DNA of 64,000 nucleotides, from positions 409,614 through 473,613 of the forward strand of contig MU006101.1 of NCBI GenBank assembly GCA_010093705.1, read 5' to 3'. This document shows positions 39,450 through 51,379 of this stretch, piece by piece. The notes under the pieces were generated by a model, which searched no databases, was not told the origin of the DNA, and saw only the letters and a list, made by a program, of their open reading frames with translations. The DNA comes from Patellaria atrata CBS 101060. Its lineage: Eukaryota. A program made the translations under genes and the position numbers. Within the stretch, counting starts at the first letter, position 1, and each line of letters begins with the position of its first letter.

Positions 39450-40285
39450 TCAGTTAACCAACATGTGCTTTTCGAGAGCTTGGATTACCAACGGTGATGT
39501 TGGTCTCCGGTTGTCTCCGGTTACACAAGAACTCGTTTGGCTATATACCACTGGCGTATTAGCTTTTCCGCGACCACGTTGAGCCCTTAAGCAAAGGTGG
39601 AAGCCCCCCGATGTCGATCGCTGCGTTTATTCCAGCATTTGATTCGAGGGAATCGATGCAGCGCTTCTTCCATCACCGCTAGTCGGCAGCATATTGATAG
39701 CTTACGTATACGACTTATCAGCTTTGATAATTACCACCATCTATAGCTTGTAACTGATGTTCTATCCACTTTGCCTAGCATATGCGAGGGTGTAGATTTC
39801 CTTCTGATCCACGGTACTTTTTGAGTTCTGTGCGCTACTCTTCTTGATTTCTCACTTGAATTGAAAAGTTTTTGAAGGATGTTGCTTTTCTTTTGGCTTT
39901 TGCTCTTTTAGGAGATTATGAAAATCCCGTTAAGGGGTACATATAGGACAGTTCTGATGTAAAGAACGATCTGAAGCGTCGAATATCGTTAAAACTCTAC
40001 CTCTTCGACGTCAGCTAAAGCCGCCAAGCTCGGGGAAACGCGGTTACTGATCCGCACCTGGAGAAGTTCCTCATTAAGAGGAAGATCGGGCGGGACCAGT
40101 TCGCTCGTATATTCAAAGATCTACTTGAGGGGATAGACGATCAGCGGCGCCCCTTTGATACCGATGGGGTGATACTGCGGTACGAAGCACACTGGGATAG
40201 GGGCATTCGCGTGCTCGGTGTCGCACAAGTACGGAACCCTGACATTCTGGAACTGTTGCGTGGGTTTGAATTGTCGTGTGTGTGA
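39450..40285 (+). pseudogene. Cassette gene 4, copy A (orphan, nearly continuous 3' frame)
   Basis: About 140 codons in one frame with only two stops (39944, 40016): EKFLKDVAFLLAFALLGDYENP...KIGRDQFARIFKDLLEG...RVLGVAQVRNPDILELLRGFELSCV*. Upstream fragments read DSRESMQRFF and SRQHIDSLRIRL. Confidence 0.55.
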
Positions 40286-43200
40286 CAGAGCACGAAGTGA
40301 TTGTTTAGTAGCGACATTGATATATGTAGTTATATATCGGTCTGTGCACTGGATCTTCCGCCTAGCGAGGATAGAGACCGGACTAGTAGAACAATCAATC
40401 CATAATCTACGGTCTTTAGCGTACTAGTTTTGATCACGTCTTCGTTTCAAAATTCAGCCAATCCAATATCGAGAAAGAGAACGTTCTGAATGAATAATTG
40501 GTTGTATCTTTGAGTTGAACCGTGCCTGTACTTTAGGATGCGCTAACCACCGTAAATTATTGCATGGTAGTGGAGGTATAATTAAAAGACGAGCTTAGAA
40601 CTAGAGAAGATAGGGAAACGTTTGACGGCAAGGCGTGAGTAAGATTTCTATATGTAGATGCGGTCTATTGGAAACGATAACATTGATAACCCGAGGCCCT
40701 CCTGAAATCCTCTGATAATCTTTAAATGATGGAGCAAGCTAAAACATAAAAGGTGGATCGTGGCGAGCCCTATTTGGTAAGAAATGGTCTTGTATGACTC
40801 GGTGGAGGTTAGCCTGCGGGAACTAGGATCATCGTGGTCGACCGATATTTTCACTCGAGTTTATAACAACCACAACTCTTCTACCTCCTCCCGTCCTTTG
40901 CAACCTTCTTCCAGTGCAGGAAACTCCTCGAGCACGGTGATGATCCCCCATCAAAGACCACGACACCAGCGATTCCGCTGTAGCCCTTACCTTTCGACAA
41001 GACTTCTGGAACGAGTTCACCCTTTGGATAGGACAATAGCTTCAGCTGTAGAGTTCCTATCAAGACATCATGGTTCCTACTCCTGGTCTTAAAAGAACGG
41101 AACGACGTCGGCCAGCTTCACAACCTCTCCAAAGGATTCTTCTTACTCGGCATCCTCTTCCGATCCTGCATATTATGGAACCAGAAAGTTGTACGGCATG
41201 ATGCAGCTCAAGGAAACCCTGGTCGTACAGACGTGGATGTACTTATTCCAGTACGGAAATAAGGTTGAGGAGCGTTTCACCCGACGAAGCCTGATAAATG
41301 TTAATAGTTTGGACCAGTGACTGGAGGCGGATTATTACTTTCAATAACGTTGCTTCCTGCAACATTCAAACCATTAATTATATCCGTCAAGGAGATCTCT
41401 TTACACCCTCAAGACCTTGTATGCATATGATTGGATATCTACCTATTCGTTAATATTTCCCCTACCTGATAGGTTTGTCTGCAACCTGGTTCGATGACAG
41501 GACGTACGCGAACGTCTTGAGGGCTACGGTTGTAGATAATTTTGGTAAGTACTCAGGTCGCTATACTTGATTGGTATCTCAACTGAACCTCTTATTGGCT
41601 ATTAAACTTCTGATGGCGCATGACAACGCATTAGGTGCATACTCAGCATGAGTGCAGACGATATTTAAGTTCCCTCCGTACGTATGGGAATATAGACATG
41701 TTTTATATCATGTTCCTCCCGTACACATTTCAGCTTTAAGTCTTACCCTCGATCCTTGAATCATCTGGCCAGTATCTCAACGATCTGTTCCTCGGTAACT
41801 CAGGCCCTGATATCTTCTTTAGTACTATGCTCGAGTAAGGAGCTTTCTTTGGAGAGTCTCCATCCCAGTGTAGGCAAATGGAACCATCTTAGCTCTTGCA
41901 GTGGGAACTGTTTTCTTTACAGCTTGGGAACGGACCGAGCTTCTTATTACAATTCCTATTGGGCTTACGACATGGTCCAAGAATGGGGTGTCCGTAATCC
42001 CGCGAGATGTATATGATGTGCCAGTATTTCCATATTGCGATAACTCGGGACTTTGGAGCTATTATTTTGGCAGCGGAACTTGTAACGTTCGTTATAACTT
42101 CGCATTGATGAAGTACCTCCTTTAAGGGACTGTTGAATAGGTCGGTACTGGCACCGGAAAACAGATTGAGATCTCAGACCGAGTTTTCAATTGTCCCCAT
42201 ATACAGTTCGAGGTTCTAGTTCGTTGGGCGTTCGAGGTACGCTATGTGCGAAGCTTAGGAGTCTCTGTACTGACTTGCACTTGAGTCCCGTCATCGTACT
42301 TCCAATCTCCGGTGGTTATCTCAATTATGCCTATGGACTCGTCCTTTAAGTTAGTTCGGCTGCTTTCAACAGATATAAACGTATCTATAAGACTCTAGAA
42401 ATATTTACCGGTTAAGCTAACTTAAACTTAAAACTTGATATTAAGGTCTATGGTCCTTAATATACTTCCATGGCCTGGAATAAACCCTTTCGTTTGATGC
42501 ACCGAAGACGTCACCCATTTGAGCTTCGTGGAAATGTGAGAAACCTCTGATCAAGTCCGTGTGGGAACCTGTTTACCGAACTATATCTGAGAGTCTCACA
42601 AACTTGAGTCTTCTGCTCGATCTCAAGAAACTGATGAAAAGAGAGTCACTGCGATGTGTTAGTGCGGAGTTCCGAAAGATGCGTTGAATCCTTAGTGAGG
42701 CTCCCTTTTCTTTTGGGGTTATGCGAGCTTGAGTAGCACAAGCTTTAAGAACATCACTTTCCTACCCATGCAATGATTGATCAACAAGTTCACCTTACAA
42801 ATTTCGGCACAGTTGCATAAATTTTACTTCAGATTACTATCAAACTCTGATGCGTTTCTACCGACAAGTAGGAACATGTCTGTCTCTGCACAGTCTCGTT
42901 TCTCTGCTTGTTGTATCCTCCGGATATAGGAAATGCGTACAATTTGGCTATAGAACCCTATACAGTTTTTCGGTCCAGGAACCGGGCCAGATCGAACCTA
43001 TTTTCTTGCCCTCCTTAGCCCTTCAAAAAGTTCCACAGCCATCGTCGAGTCTGTAGCCATTGTATGACTACATCCCTGCTGCTCCCTACGCGACTTCAAG
43101 CAAGACTGCGTCGCAATAAGGATTTTTCAGTTTTGACAATACTAAATATCTCGCAACAAAAGTCAGGCAATTGGGTACGAAGACTCGCAACTTTGATAGA

Positions 43201-43399
43201 GTCATAATGCATCCTTGCTGGCGCCATAGGATTTATGGCCTTCATACGGCCACGCCCAATATCCAGTTAGCTGGGGTTGTCCTTGGGGTTCTTCATCTCT
43301 CACCGACATTCCATTCAGTGTCTGAATGTGCGCAGGCGTATCAAAAGCAGGGAAAGTTTAGCTTGCAGTTCTCTATTGCGACGATGGAAAACGTGGTCC

Positions 43400-44337
43400 A
43401 ATATATGGGAAGATAGTTCCGCGCTTTAAGGTATGATTGTTCCCTTACCATATAATCTATTGCTCTGGAGTGAAGAATACATGGCGTCGTAAGGCTAACT
43501 GTCAAGGCTTGGTCTCACTTTCGCAAGAGGTCTTATGATCTAATACCAGCCTTGAGATTAAAGAATTGTACGGTATCCTAGCCAACGAGATCCTATTCGC
43601 ACACGTTTCTATGCATGTGCTGCGGACCAAACTACAGTGGTTGCCTACAAGATAAAGAGTATTTGGTGCAAGAACTCACGAACCGTCGGATATCAACGCG
43701 GTCTCTATCCACTAATGCCAAAAGGTTACGCACCGCGACGGTTTTCAAGCACATGCAACGTAGATTCTTGTGTCCCCACTCCTCACGGGTCTCAAAAGGT
43801 TCAGCTGGAGCATGCAATATACGCAATGCATCTGCAGGCGCCGCTTATTGTTCGCGTTACTCTTTCTTATCCACCACAGCTCTAGACTGGGAGTATACCG
43901 ACCAAGGCCCATTTTCCTCCTTCATGAATTGATCCAGTTGGAAAGACGTTGTATGAGTTTTTGAAGGTATGATCCTCTTCTGGACACCTGTTGTTGGTTG
44001 CGTGGATGACGTGGAAATTTTCTGGGAAAATGTTGCGTGTTGCTGGGAAATCATCGTGGGTTGCCCTGATTCCGCATGAGCGGCATCAGAGGTTTCTCCA
44101 TCTTCCTCCTGCGAATCAATCTCAACAACAAGACTTTGTTCAGATCTCTATAGATCTATATGAGCAGACATCCTAAAAAAGTAGAAGAAAACACTTTTCC
44201 CCTGAATTACGCAGTCGGCTTACCTCGTTCCATTGTTCTCTCGTATCCTCTGTCCGTTCCACTCCTGGACTATCTCTGCCGTCATGTGAAGTAACCGGAT
44301 TCTGACTTGTACTATTTGGAAGTTCGCGCTCGCTCAT
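43400..44337 (-). pseudogene. Cassette gene 3, copy B
   Basis: ATG 44337, 38-codon exon, intron 44148-44223 (gtaagc...tag), then RSEQ...QLDQFMKEENGPWSVYSQSR...DKKE*REQ*.... The 3' limit is approximate. Confidence 0.6.
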
Positions 44338-47300
44338 TGTGTATGACACCTAGAATAGTGGAATGTTACTGGAGCAAAGAAGAAACGGTGTCCCATTAGT
44401 TTAGGAGAAGTTCCGCTGAATGGTTCAGGAAGATGCCGATACGAGTTACTGCTCCAGTGGACAATCACCCCAACTCAATTTATGATGGGAATAGAAACGA
44501 AGAAGATGTATGAAGTTGAATATTTCCTCTACCATCCTGAGGAGTTGGAGGATTATATACAATTCTGGCTCCATTCTAGACCCGATTGAGCCTTAGGAAC
44601 TGGGAACGATTCAGCACTCTTCGGGCGCCTCTGCATTATATCAACTGTTACCATTGGCAACCTTGATATCTCCCTCGAAGCATACTATTTTCGTCTAGTG
44701 GATTCTATTTCCTAAACATGGTATTCCTTCTGGCTGTTTTCGACGATACGACAATTTTAGTACAGATCACAATGTGCCCTTGAGACATGTTACTTGTTAA
44801 AACATCATTACCTATTATACCACATCTATAGCAAGGGCAATTGAAATCCATCATTAGGTTGCGCTACTCCTGTTAGACGTGCATATAACTCAAAATAGGG
44901 CTCTCTGGTGTATCAAACGGTAATGGTTAATCCCTAACCATATGTCGCCCAAAGCTAACTGTACAAATTTTCCACAGCTATGTCTAATTTCCGCAAAAAG
45001 TTACTGCATTATTTTACTGGTACCCAGTCAAAAGCGTACCACGTGCATGGCTTTAGTAAAGACAGATTCAGTTAGGTTCCGCTCCTCAGATACAGTGCTT
45101 TACTTGAAAAGCTGAAGGTGTGATGTCTCGGTCGCGGTTGGTTCGAATCATCGTTCAACGAAGGAGATAGTTTAAGGTAGTGTAACTCCTATATGACCCC
45201 AGTCTGTTTAACTTTGTCAGAGGCTCCGGGTGGTCGATCTCTGTAACCTCTAGGTCTCGGCCCGAAGCTCGGAGAGCTGATTCGTCGGATGGATGAAATA
45301 TTCTTGATATCCGTGCCTTTTTAAACTCGGCAGAATATTTTAAAAATCTGACATGCGTACCTTGACTGTTTTCGACTGTTTGATAGAAATCATTGGCTCA
45401 CTCACAACAACACTCTTCCATGTCAATTGGTAAGTGTCTAAATCTAGGACACGTCGTAGTTCCCTGGTCAGCGAGCTTCTCTTTTTTACCTGCTTGATCA
45501 TTTGTGGTCGTGTCAATGTTCACCGGTCGAATGACACTGCACCTTTCGACCTCTTTACCGTAGCTGATCTGCGCAGTTCTAGTTGGAGTAGTCTCTAATA
45601 AATTGTAATAGACTAGAAAGCGGTTCGGCACGAACCACCTGGGGTCGATCAATGATCGCTGTAAATGTCCCGCCTCAATTCAGGCGTAGCAGACCGTACA
45701 TATTATTTCAGGAGTAAAAACAAGCGGCGCTTAATATCTCGTATTCATGATGAATCCGAAGATAGCCGTGCTTTGCCTCAGTCGACAGTGATGCACTCGA
45801 AGCTCAAGTAGCTCTCTTTTCGCTTTATTTTATTCCGGGGGTATGGAACTTGAGAGATACTATCATCTGCTGTTAGTGGCTAGAACTTTACAACGTTTGA
45901 CCTATTACACTTTAGAAGCACTGTCATCTGTTCTGAGTGGCTGACGCTCTTCCTCACCGCTCCACTCAGTAGGGATCAGATCAATCCTCTGCTCCATCTC
46001 TCAGTTTCCTTAGACCCATTGCCCCTTTCTTAAGAAAACTGAGAGAAGCCAACTGCACGCGGGGACCAGTTCAGACAAACCAACGGAAGTTCTTAACAAG
46101 ATACCGGTGTAGTTATACACAAACGTCGATAGAACTACTCACAAAGCGATATGATTAAGCTGGAGCGCCTTTCGTGGTGGCTTCGCTTACACAGTACGGA
46201 TATGGTGACGAAAAACGGTCCGCGTGCAGTCAGTGACGTGCAGCAATTGCGGTTCGCGATGGTGCTTGGTTGCTTGATGGATTATTCGCGCCCTCCCGCA
46301 AGGTAGGTTTAAACGTATTCTTCACGATGTTATCTTAAAGTCAGCCTGATGTTGATACAGGACCAGAGCTCGTGCAAAGTAGCTTGTTAGATGTTGAATG
46401 AGCGCGGATAAGGTTTGATTGACTGTCTGATACATACTTGCGGAGTAACACTACCTTAAGCTATGGAAATAGAGAATTATTTAGGCGAGCTTTGCCCGTC
46501 TAGAACTGAATTAGGTAGTTCTAGGACTATCTGATGGAGTACTGTTTGGTTCCACCCGACATTGCCAGCGACGAGATGTCGTTGAAAATTTTGATGAGGC
46601 TATACACGTACATGGCCTCCCCTTGATTCTCAAAGGGCAAAGCGTAAACCTAACGATCATTGACGAGGCTTTGATAAGTTTACATACTGCGAAGTCGGAC
46701 ATGTTGTCCCAGCCGGGCGCGCTTACCAACTGTACCACCTTCCATTCCAATTCTGGGTGGGGGGACGAGGGGACGTCCAGTGACGGCACCGCCGAGACTA
46801 AGCTAAAACCCCCTTAGTTCTATCGAGTCAGGTGCAGGGAACTTCAAGCTCTTTTTTCTTCATGACCTATTGCTCCCATTTTCTGCTTCGTGCTATTATT
46901 CATATCTGGATATAGTTAGCTAACAATAACAGAGAAATTACATATCTGATGACCATTAGCGCTTTCGAAATTTCCTTCTTTTAGGGGCGCTATATCGCGG
47001 CTGACAAGTTCGATGAGTATCCTTCCACCTTTATTTGTATCTGCATGCCATGGAAGGGGCCTGTGGTAACCCGGAGGTATAGCTGTACCTAGAGCTCTGG
47101 ATACAGCTCGAGCGCACACACATGGCAAAAGAAGCAAGCAACCAACCTCCCGGCATTGACGACATGCACAACACGAGTCGTCCCGCTCGTTCCCTGCCCC
47201 GGACGGCAATATCGACGGACTCCCAGTCCTGCATCATATACATCTTCATCGTCGTCGCAGCTGTGCAAAAATTTCCCGCGCCAAAGCTATCCAAACTCTC

Positions 47301-47393
47301 TAGCAAGTGTCCAGCCTAAGCTCATCGGTCATTTTTCGTCTGCTGTGTCGTCAGAGGCGGATAGCTCCCTAGAGCTGGTGATGGTATCTTCGG

Positions 47394-47421
47394 ATCAGAT
47401 AAAATAAGATCGATCAGATTA
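47394..47421. promoter_or_regulatory. SreA-type iron-repression GATA sites
   Basis: ATCAGATAA at 47394-47402 is an exact ATCWGATAA match; ATCAGATTA lies at 47413-47421. Both are ~350 bp upstream of the siderophore transporter ATG. Confidence 0.7.
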
Positions 47422-47765
47422 CGAATTTTAATCGTCGCATCCCACTCACTTCATCATCGTCCTCGACTCAGAGCTGTTTTTGGGACTGCTAATTCCGCAT
47501 CCTTGTCCTGGTCCAGTTTATTAGTGCTCTCCGTTTATCGCTTCACCCTTAGCTGCTGGGGATGAAGGGCAAATTTGCAACCCAAATTCGAATTTTTTTC
47601 GCGCTGGCGTCACTTGGCGTGACGGTCGTCCCCAGCACGTCCGCTGATCGTGTAATCTAATCAATCTCATAAAGCTACCCTTTCCCCTTCCCCCTGCTAC
47701 AGTACAATCCTCCTCCCAGATCTTTGATTGTGAGCTTGCAGCATTTCCCTTACGAGTAGGGAACC

Positions 47766-50070
47766 ATGTCTACTCTCGTTGACGAAAAGCCTCGAGAAGT
47801 TCCTGAGGAATCGGTGAACCATGTTGACGACGACGGCAAGCCTTTGCTCGGAACAAAATCGCCCGGTGTTCTACGCATTGAAGCACTTAATGCTCACACA
47901 ACCTTTGCCAATCGAATCTTCATATTTGTTGGCGTCTTTCTTATTGCTTACGCTTACAGCTTAGATGGTACTCTTCGGTATACATACCAGGTAAACCTAG
48001 TGATGACTTATTAATATCATTCTTACTGACCCACTTTAGCCTTATGCAACAGCTAGCTACGCACTTCATTCGCTTCTTGCTACCATTGGTGTGCTTCGTA
48101 GTGTTATAGCTGCTGCAGCTCAGGTACACTTCCGCTTGTTTTCATCTTTATCCCTAGGTACTAACGAGCTATCAGCCTACAGCTGCAAAGATAGCCGATG
48201 TATTTGGTAGAGTCGAGCTTGTCCTCGTTTCAATCTTCTTCTATGTCTTAGGTAGGACCTTTCTTAAGGATATATTTAGGCCAGTTACTAACCTAGCAAG
48301 GGACTATTATCGAAGCTTCGTCTCACGATGTCAAGTCGTTCTGTGCAGGAGCTGTGATATACCAGGTAGGTAGTAATCTTCCAACGTCAGAGACAATTCA
48401 GCTAACAAGTCCAGATTGGTTACACAAGTATTATTTTGTTGGTGGAGGTCATTATCGCTGATACGACTTCTCTTCGTTCTCGTCTACTCTTCTCCTATAT
48501 TCCCGCCTTACCCTTTATCGTACGTCTTCCTCATTATTGTCATAGTTTGAAACTAATAAGTCTCAGATCAACACATGGGTCAGCGGTGATGTCGGTTCAG
48601 CTGTCCTCGGTTCAACAAGCTGGCAATGGGGTATGTTCATAGCTATCTCAAGTCGTCACAAAAGAGATCACTAATTTTCATGTAGGCGTCGGGATGTGGT
48701 GTATCATCTATCCTGTTTGCGCTCTTCCTCTTATCGGTGGGCTCATGTGGGCCTCTCGTAGAGCGACGAAAGCTGGTGCTTTAGCGAACTACAAGACACC
48801 ATATCAGATATACGGTGGAAAGCGACTTCTCGTAGCTCTTTTCTGGCAACTTGACGTTATCGGTATCATTCTACTCATTGCTGTTTTTGCAATGATTCTG
48901 GTTCCATTCACCCTTGCAGGTGAGAATGGTCAGGATTGGAATCAAGCACATATCATCGCTCCTTTGGTCGTCGGGTTTCTATGTATTCCTGCATTCATAA
49001 TTTGGGAGACGAAAGCTGTGCATCCAATGGTTCCATTCCATGTAAGGATGCGCCCTTCGTGTGTAATTGATTTCAGCTAACCTTTCACAGCTACTTAAAG
49101 ATCGTGCAGTGTGGGGTGCTCTAGGTATCGCCGTAACGCTGAACTTTGGTATGTGACTATGAAATGTTAGAATTATATTTTCATTCTAACTTCTACAGCC
49201 TGGACTTGCCAAGCAGATTACCTCTTCACTGTTTTGATTGTTGCATTCGATGAGACAATCAAGTCTGCTACGCGAATTACCTCCCTATACAGGTATGTAG
49301 TTGTTGACCAGGAATATGAATCTGGATACTGACCAAGGGATAGCTTTGCTTCCGTCCTCACTGGTACTGCATTGGGCTTTATCGTGTTCAAGGTTCGTCG
49401 ACTAAAACCATTCATCATCTTTGGAACCTGTCTCTTCATGGTCGCATTTGGACTCCTTATTCACTACCGTGGTGGTACGGGTGGAAGTTCGCACTCCGGT
49501 ATTGTTGGTGCTCAGATCTTACTCGGTATCGCTGGTGGTATGTTCCCATATCCAGCACAGGCCAGCATTCAAGCTGCTACTAGGCATGAACGTAAGTAAA
49601 CAACATCCATCTGCTTTCGTTAAGAATCAGTATACTCATTATGACGTATTTTAGATGTTGCCGTTATTACTGGTCTCTACCTTGCTTCGTACAACATCGG
49701 TTCAGCGCTCGGAAACGCAGTCTCTGGTGCCATCTGGAGAGGTGTAGTGCCAGGGGAGTTGACACAAACCCTCGGAAACGCTACGTTTGCTGCAACCGTC
49801 TTCGGTGACCCTCTCACATTTGCCGCAACATATCCGGTTGGTACTCCAGAACGTACCGCGGTGATCGACTCGTTCAGACACGTCCAGAGATTACTAACCA
49901 TCACTGGTATCTGTCTCTGCACTCTTCTCATCAGCTTTGCATTTTGCCTCCGCAATCCTAAGTTGGGCAAGGAACAGAGTTTGCCGGATGCTGAGCTTCC
50001 AGGTGGTCCTGGTGGTCCGCCAGCTGATAAACGCACCTTCGCAGAGATGATTCGGTTCTGGAAGAAATAG
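47766..50070 (+). CDS. Siderophore-iron MFS transporter (SIT/ARN family, Sit1-like), 11 exons
   Basis: [72 protein letters not shown] and [12 protein letters not shown]. Ten GT-AG introns lie between 47991 and 49654. Confidence 0.95.
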
Positions 50071-50479
50071 GTCGATCGTTCTGGATCGAGACAATTCTCG
50101 CCCGAGCAGAACAAATTGTAAGACGTATCATTGAGATGGCGACGACGACTGATGAGGTCTTGTCTTTAAACGGGGCTTTTGTCATCCTTTAAACGTTTAT
50201 TTCGAGTTCCTGAAGCCGGAAAGGATTAATTAATTACTCACAATTCACTAGATACCACGCACTTCTTTGAATATAAGTCATTGTTATTAGCCTGAGTAGA
50301 GGGTTAAACATTCGATAGCAAAGTGATGCAGTCCGCTAGAGACTTACTTTCACCACTAGAAAACAGAAAACAGAAAGCTGATACCTAGGAGTCCGGGCAA
50401 TACCGAGTACCTGGTATGATGCTTGGGAAAATCAATAACTTAGCTTAGGATTCTCGAATAGAATATTTGAATATGATTC

Positions 50480-51270
50480 TTAACGACACGCAGGAAGGGG
50501 TTTAGCGTGCATAAGCAATCCTTCCATTTCATCATCTATTCCGGAACGCCAAGGGTTTCCGCCCCTTGAACCATTCAACGCCAAGCGTTTCCACAAGAAC
50601 TTGTATCTCACCGATTCTCTAACACGTTCTGGGCCTCGAAGGGATCGGGACAGAAACGTATGCAGTTCATAAATATTTCACGGATAGATCTGGAGACAAG
50701 AATGCTGAGGTCTTTTTTGACTTTGTTTAGTGTCTTAGCGGAGCGGGTGATGTCGTTGATCTCCAGTTGCTGCGCCTCTTCTATGGTAATCCTTTTTCAC
50801 TTAATCCGTGGCCAAGTATACCTTTTCTTCTTTCAGCTTCTTGTATGTCTGAATTGGGATGAGCAGCGCCTTTTTATTCCACATCGGATCTGTCAGATTT
50901 CCATCGTGCATCTACGGGTCGATGTACTTCCGTACCAAGCGGACTGGGCGATACTCGAAGACTTTCTTAACTGTGGATCATTCTTGGTTTCAACATCCCT
51001 TCTCCGTATCATCACACTTGGCCTTCAATCAAACGGGTTGTCTGGCATAGAATGAGATGAAGAGTTCAATGTTTAAGGCCCAAGTAGAGATATTGGCACA
51101 CTCCGGAAGTGAGCACGTTTACATCTCGTTCCAAGAACCAATGTAAAGATATCCAAGGCGTGGATGTGGATAATCTCCTTCGACGACGTAACTGGAGCTG
51201 TTAGAGATTCTTGTAGAACGGGTTTCGAAAGGTATAAGAAATAAGAAGTTTCCATATCCTAATTCTTTTC
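50480..51270 (-). pseudogene. Decayed orphan ORF
   Basis: A minus-strand frame reads STVKKVFEYRPVRLVRKYIDP*MHDGNLTDPMWNKKALLIPIQTYKKLKEEKVYLATD*...RYKFLWKRLALNG...GLLMHAKPLPACR*, with many stops. Confidence 0.3.
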
Positions 51271-51379
51271 CATCTTTCAAAACTATCCTCCAATCTCTCA
51301 TTTCCACTATCAATCCATCAATCCATCTCCCACTTTCATCCCCTTATCCAAACATCCAAATCAAACCACAAAATCCAAA

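Larger units (their letters stand above)
34500..46250. repeat. Ancient degenerate head-to-tail tandem duplication of a ~6 kb unit (copy A ~34.5-40.4 kb, copy B ~40.6-46.3 kb)
   Basis: Collinear anchors: 34627-34659/40806-40838 (31 of 33 nt identical), 35249/41595, 36781/42723, 38376/44337, 39683/45327 and 40092/46062. Offsets range from 5.6 to 6.3 kb. Confidence 0.8.

Noticed and set aside
40709..40790. PLIIFK resembling a pogo/Fot1 DDE transposase motif
   Set aside because: No downstream GW or LDGH motif, and no terminal inverted repeats seen.
45121..45160. GGTTCGAATC B-box-like motif
   Set aside because: No A box or cloverleaf, and it lies inside the decayed cassette gene 4 copy B.
34500..46500. 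Starship or LTR element, or CRISPR-like array
   Set aside because: No tyrosine-recombinase captain, gag/pol motifs, LTR pair or short regularly spaced repeats recognised.
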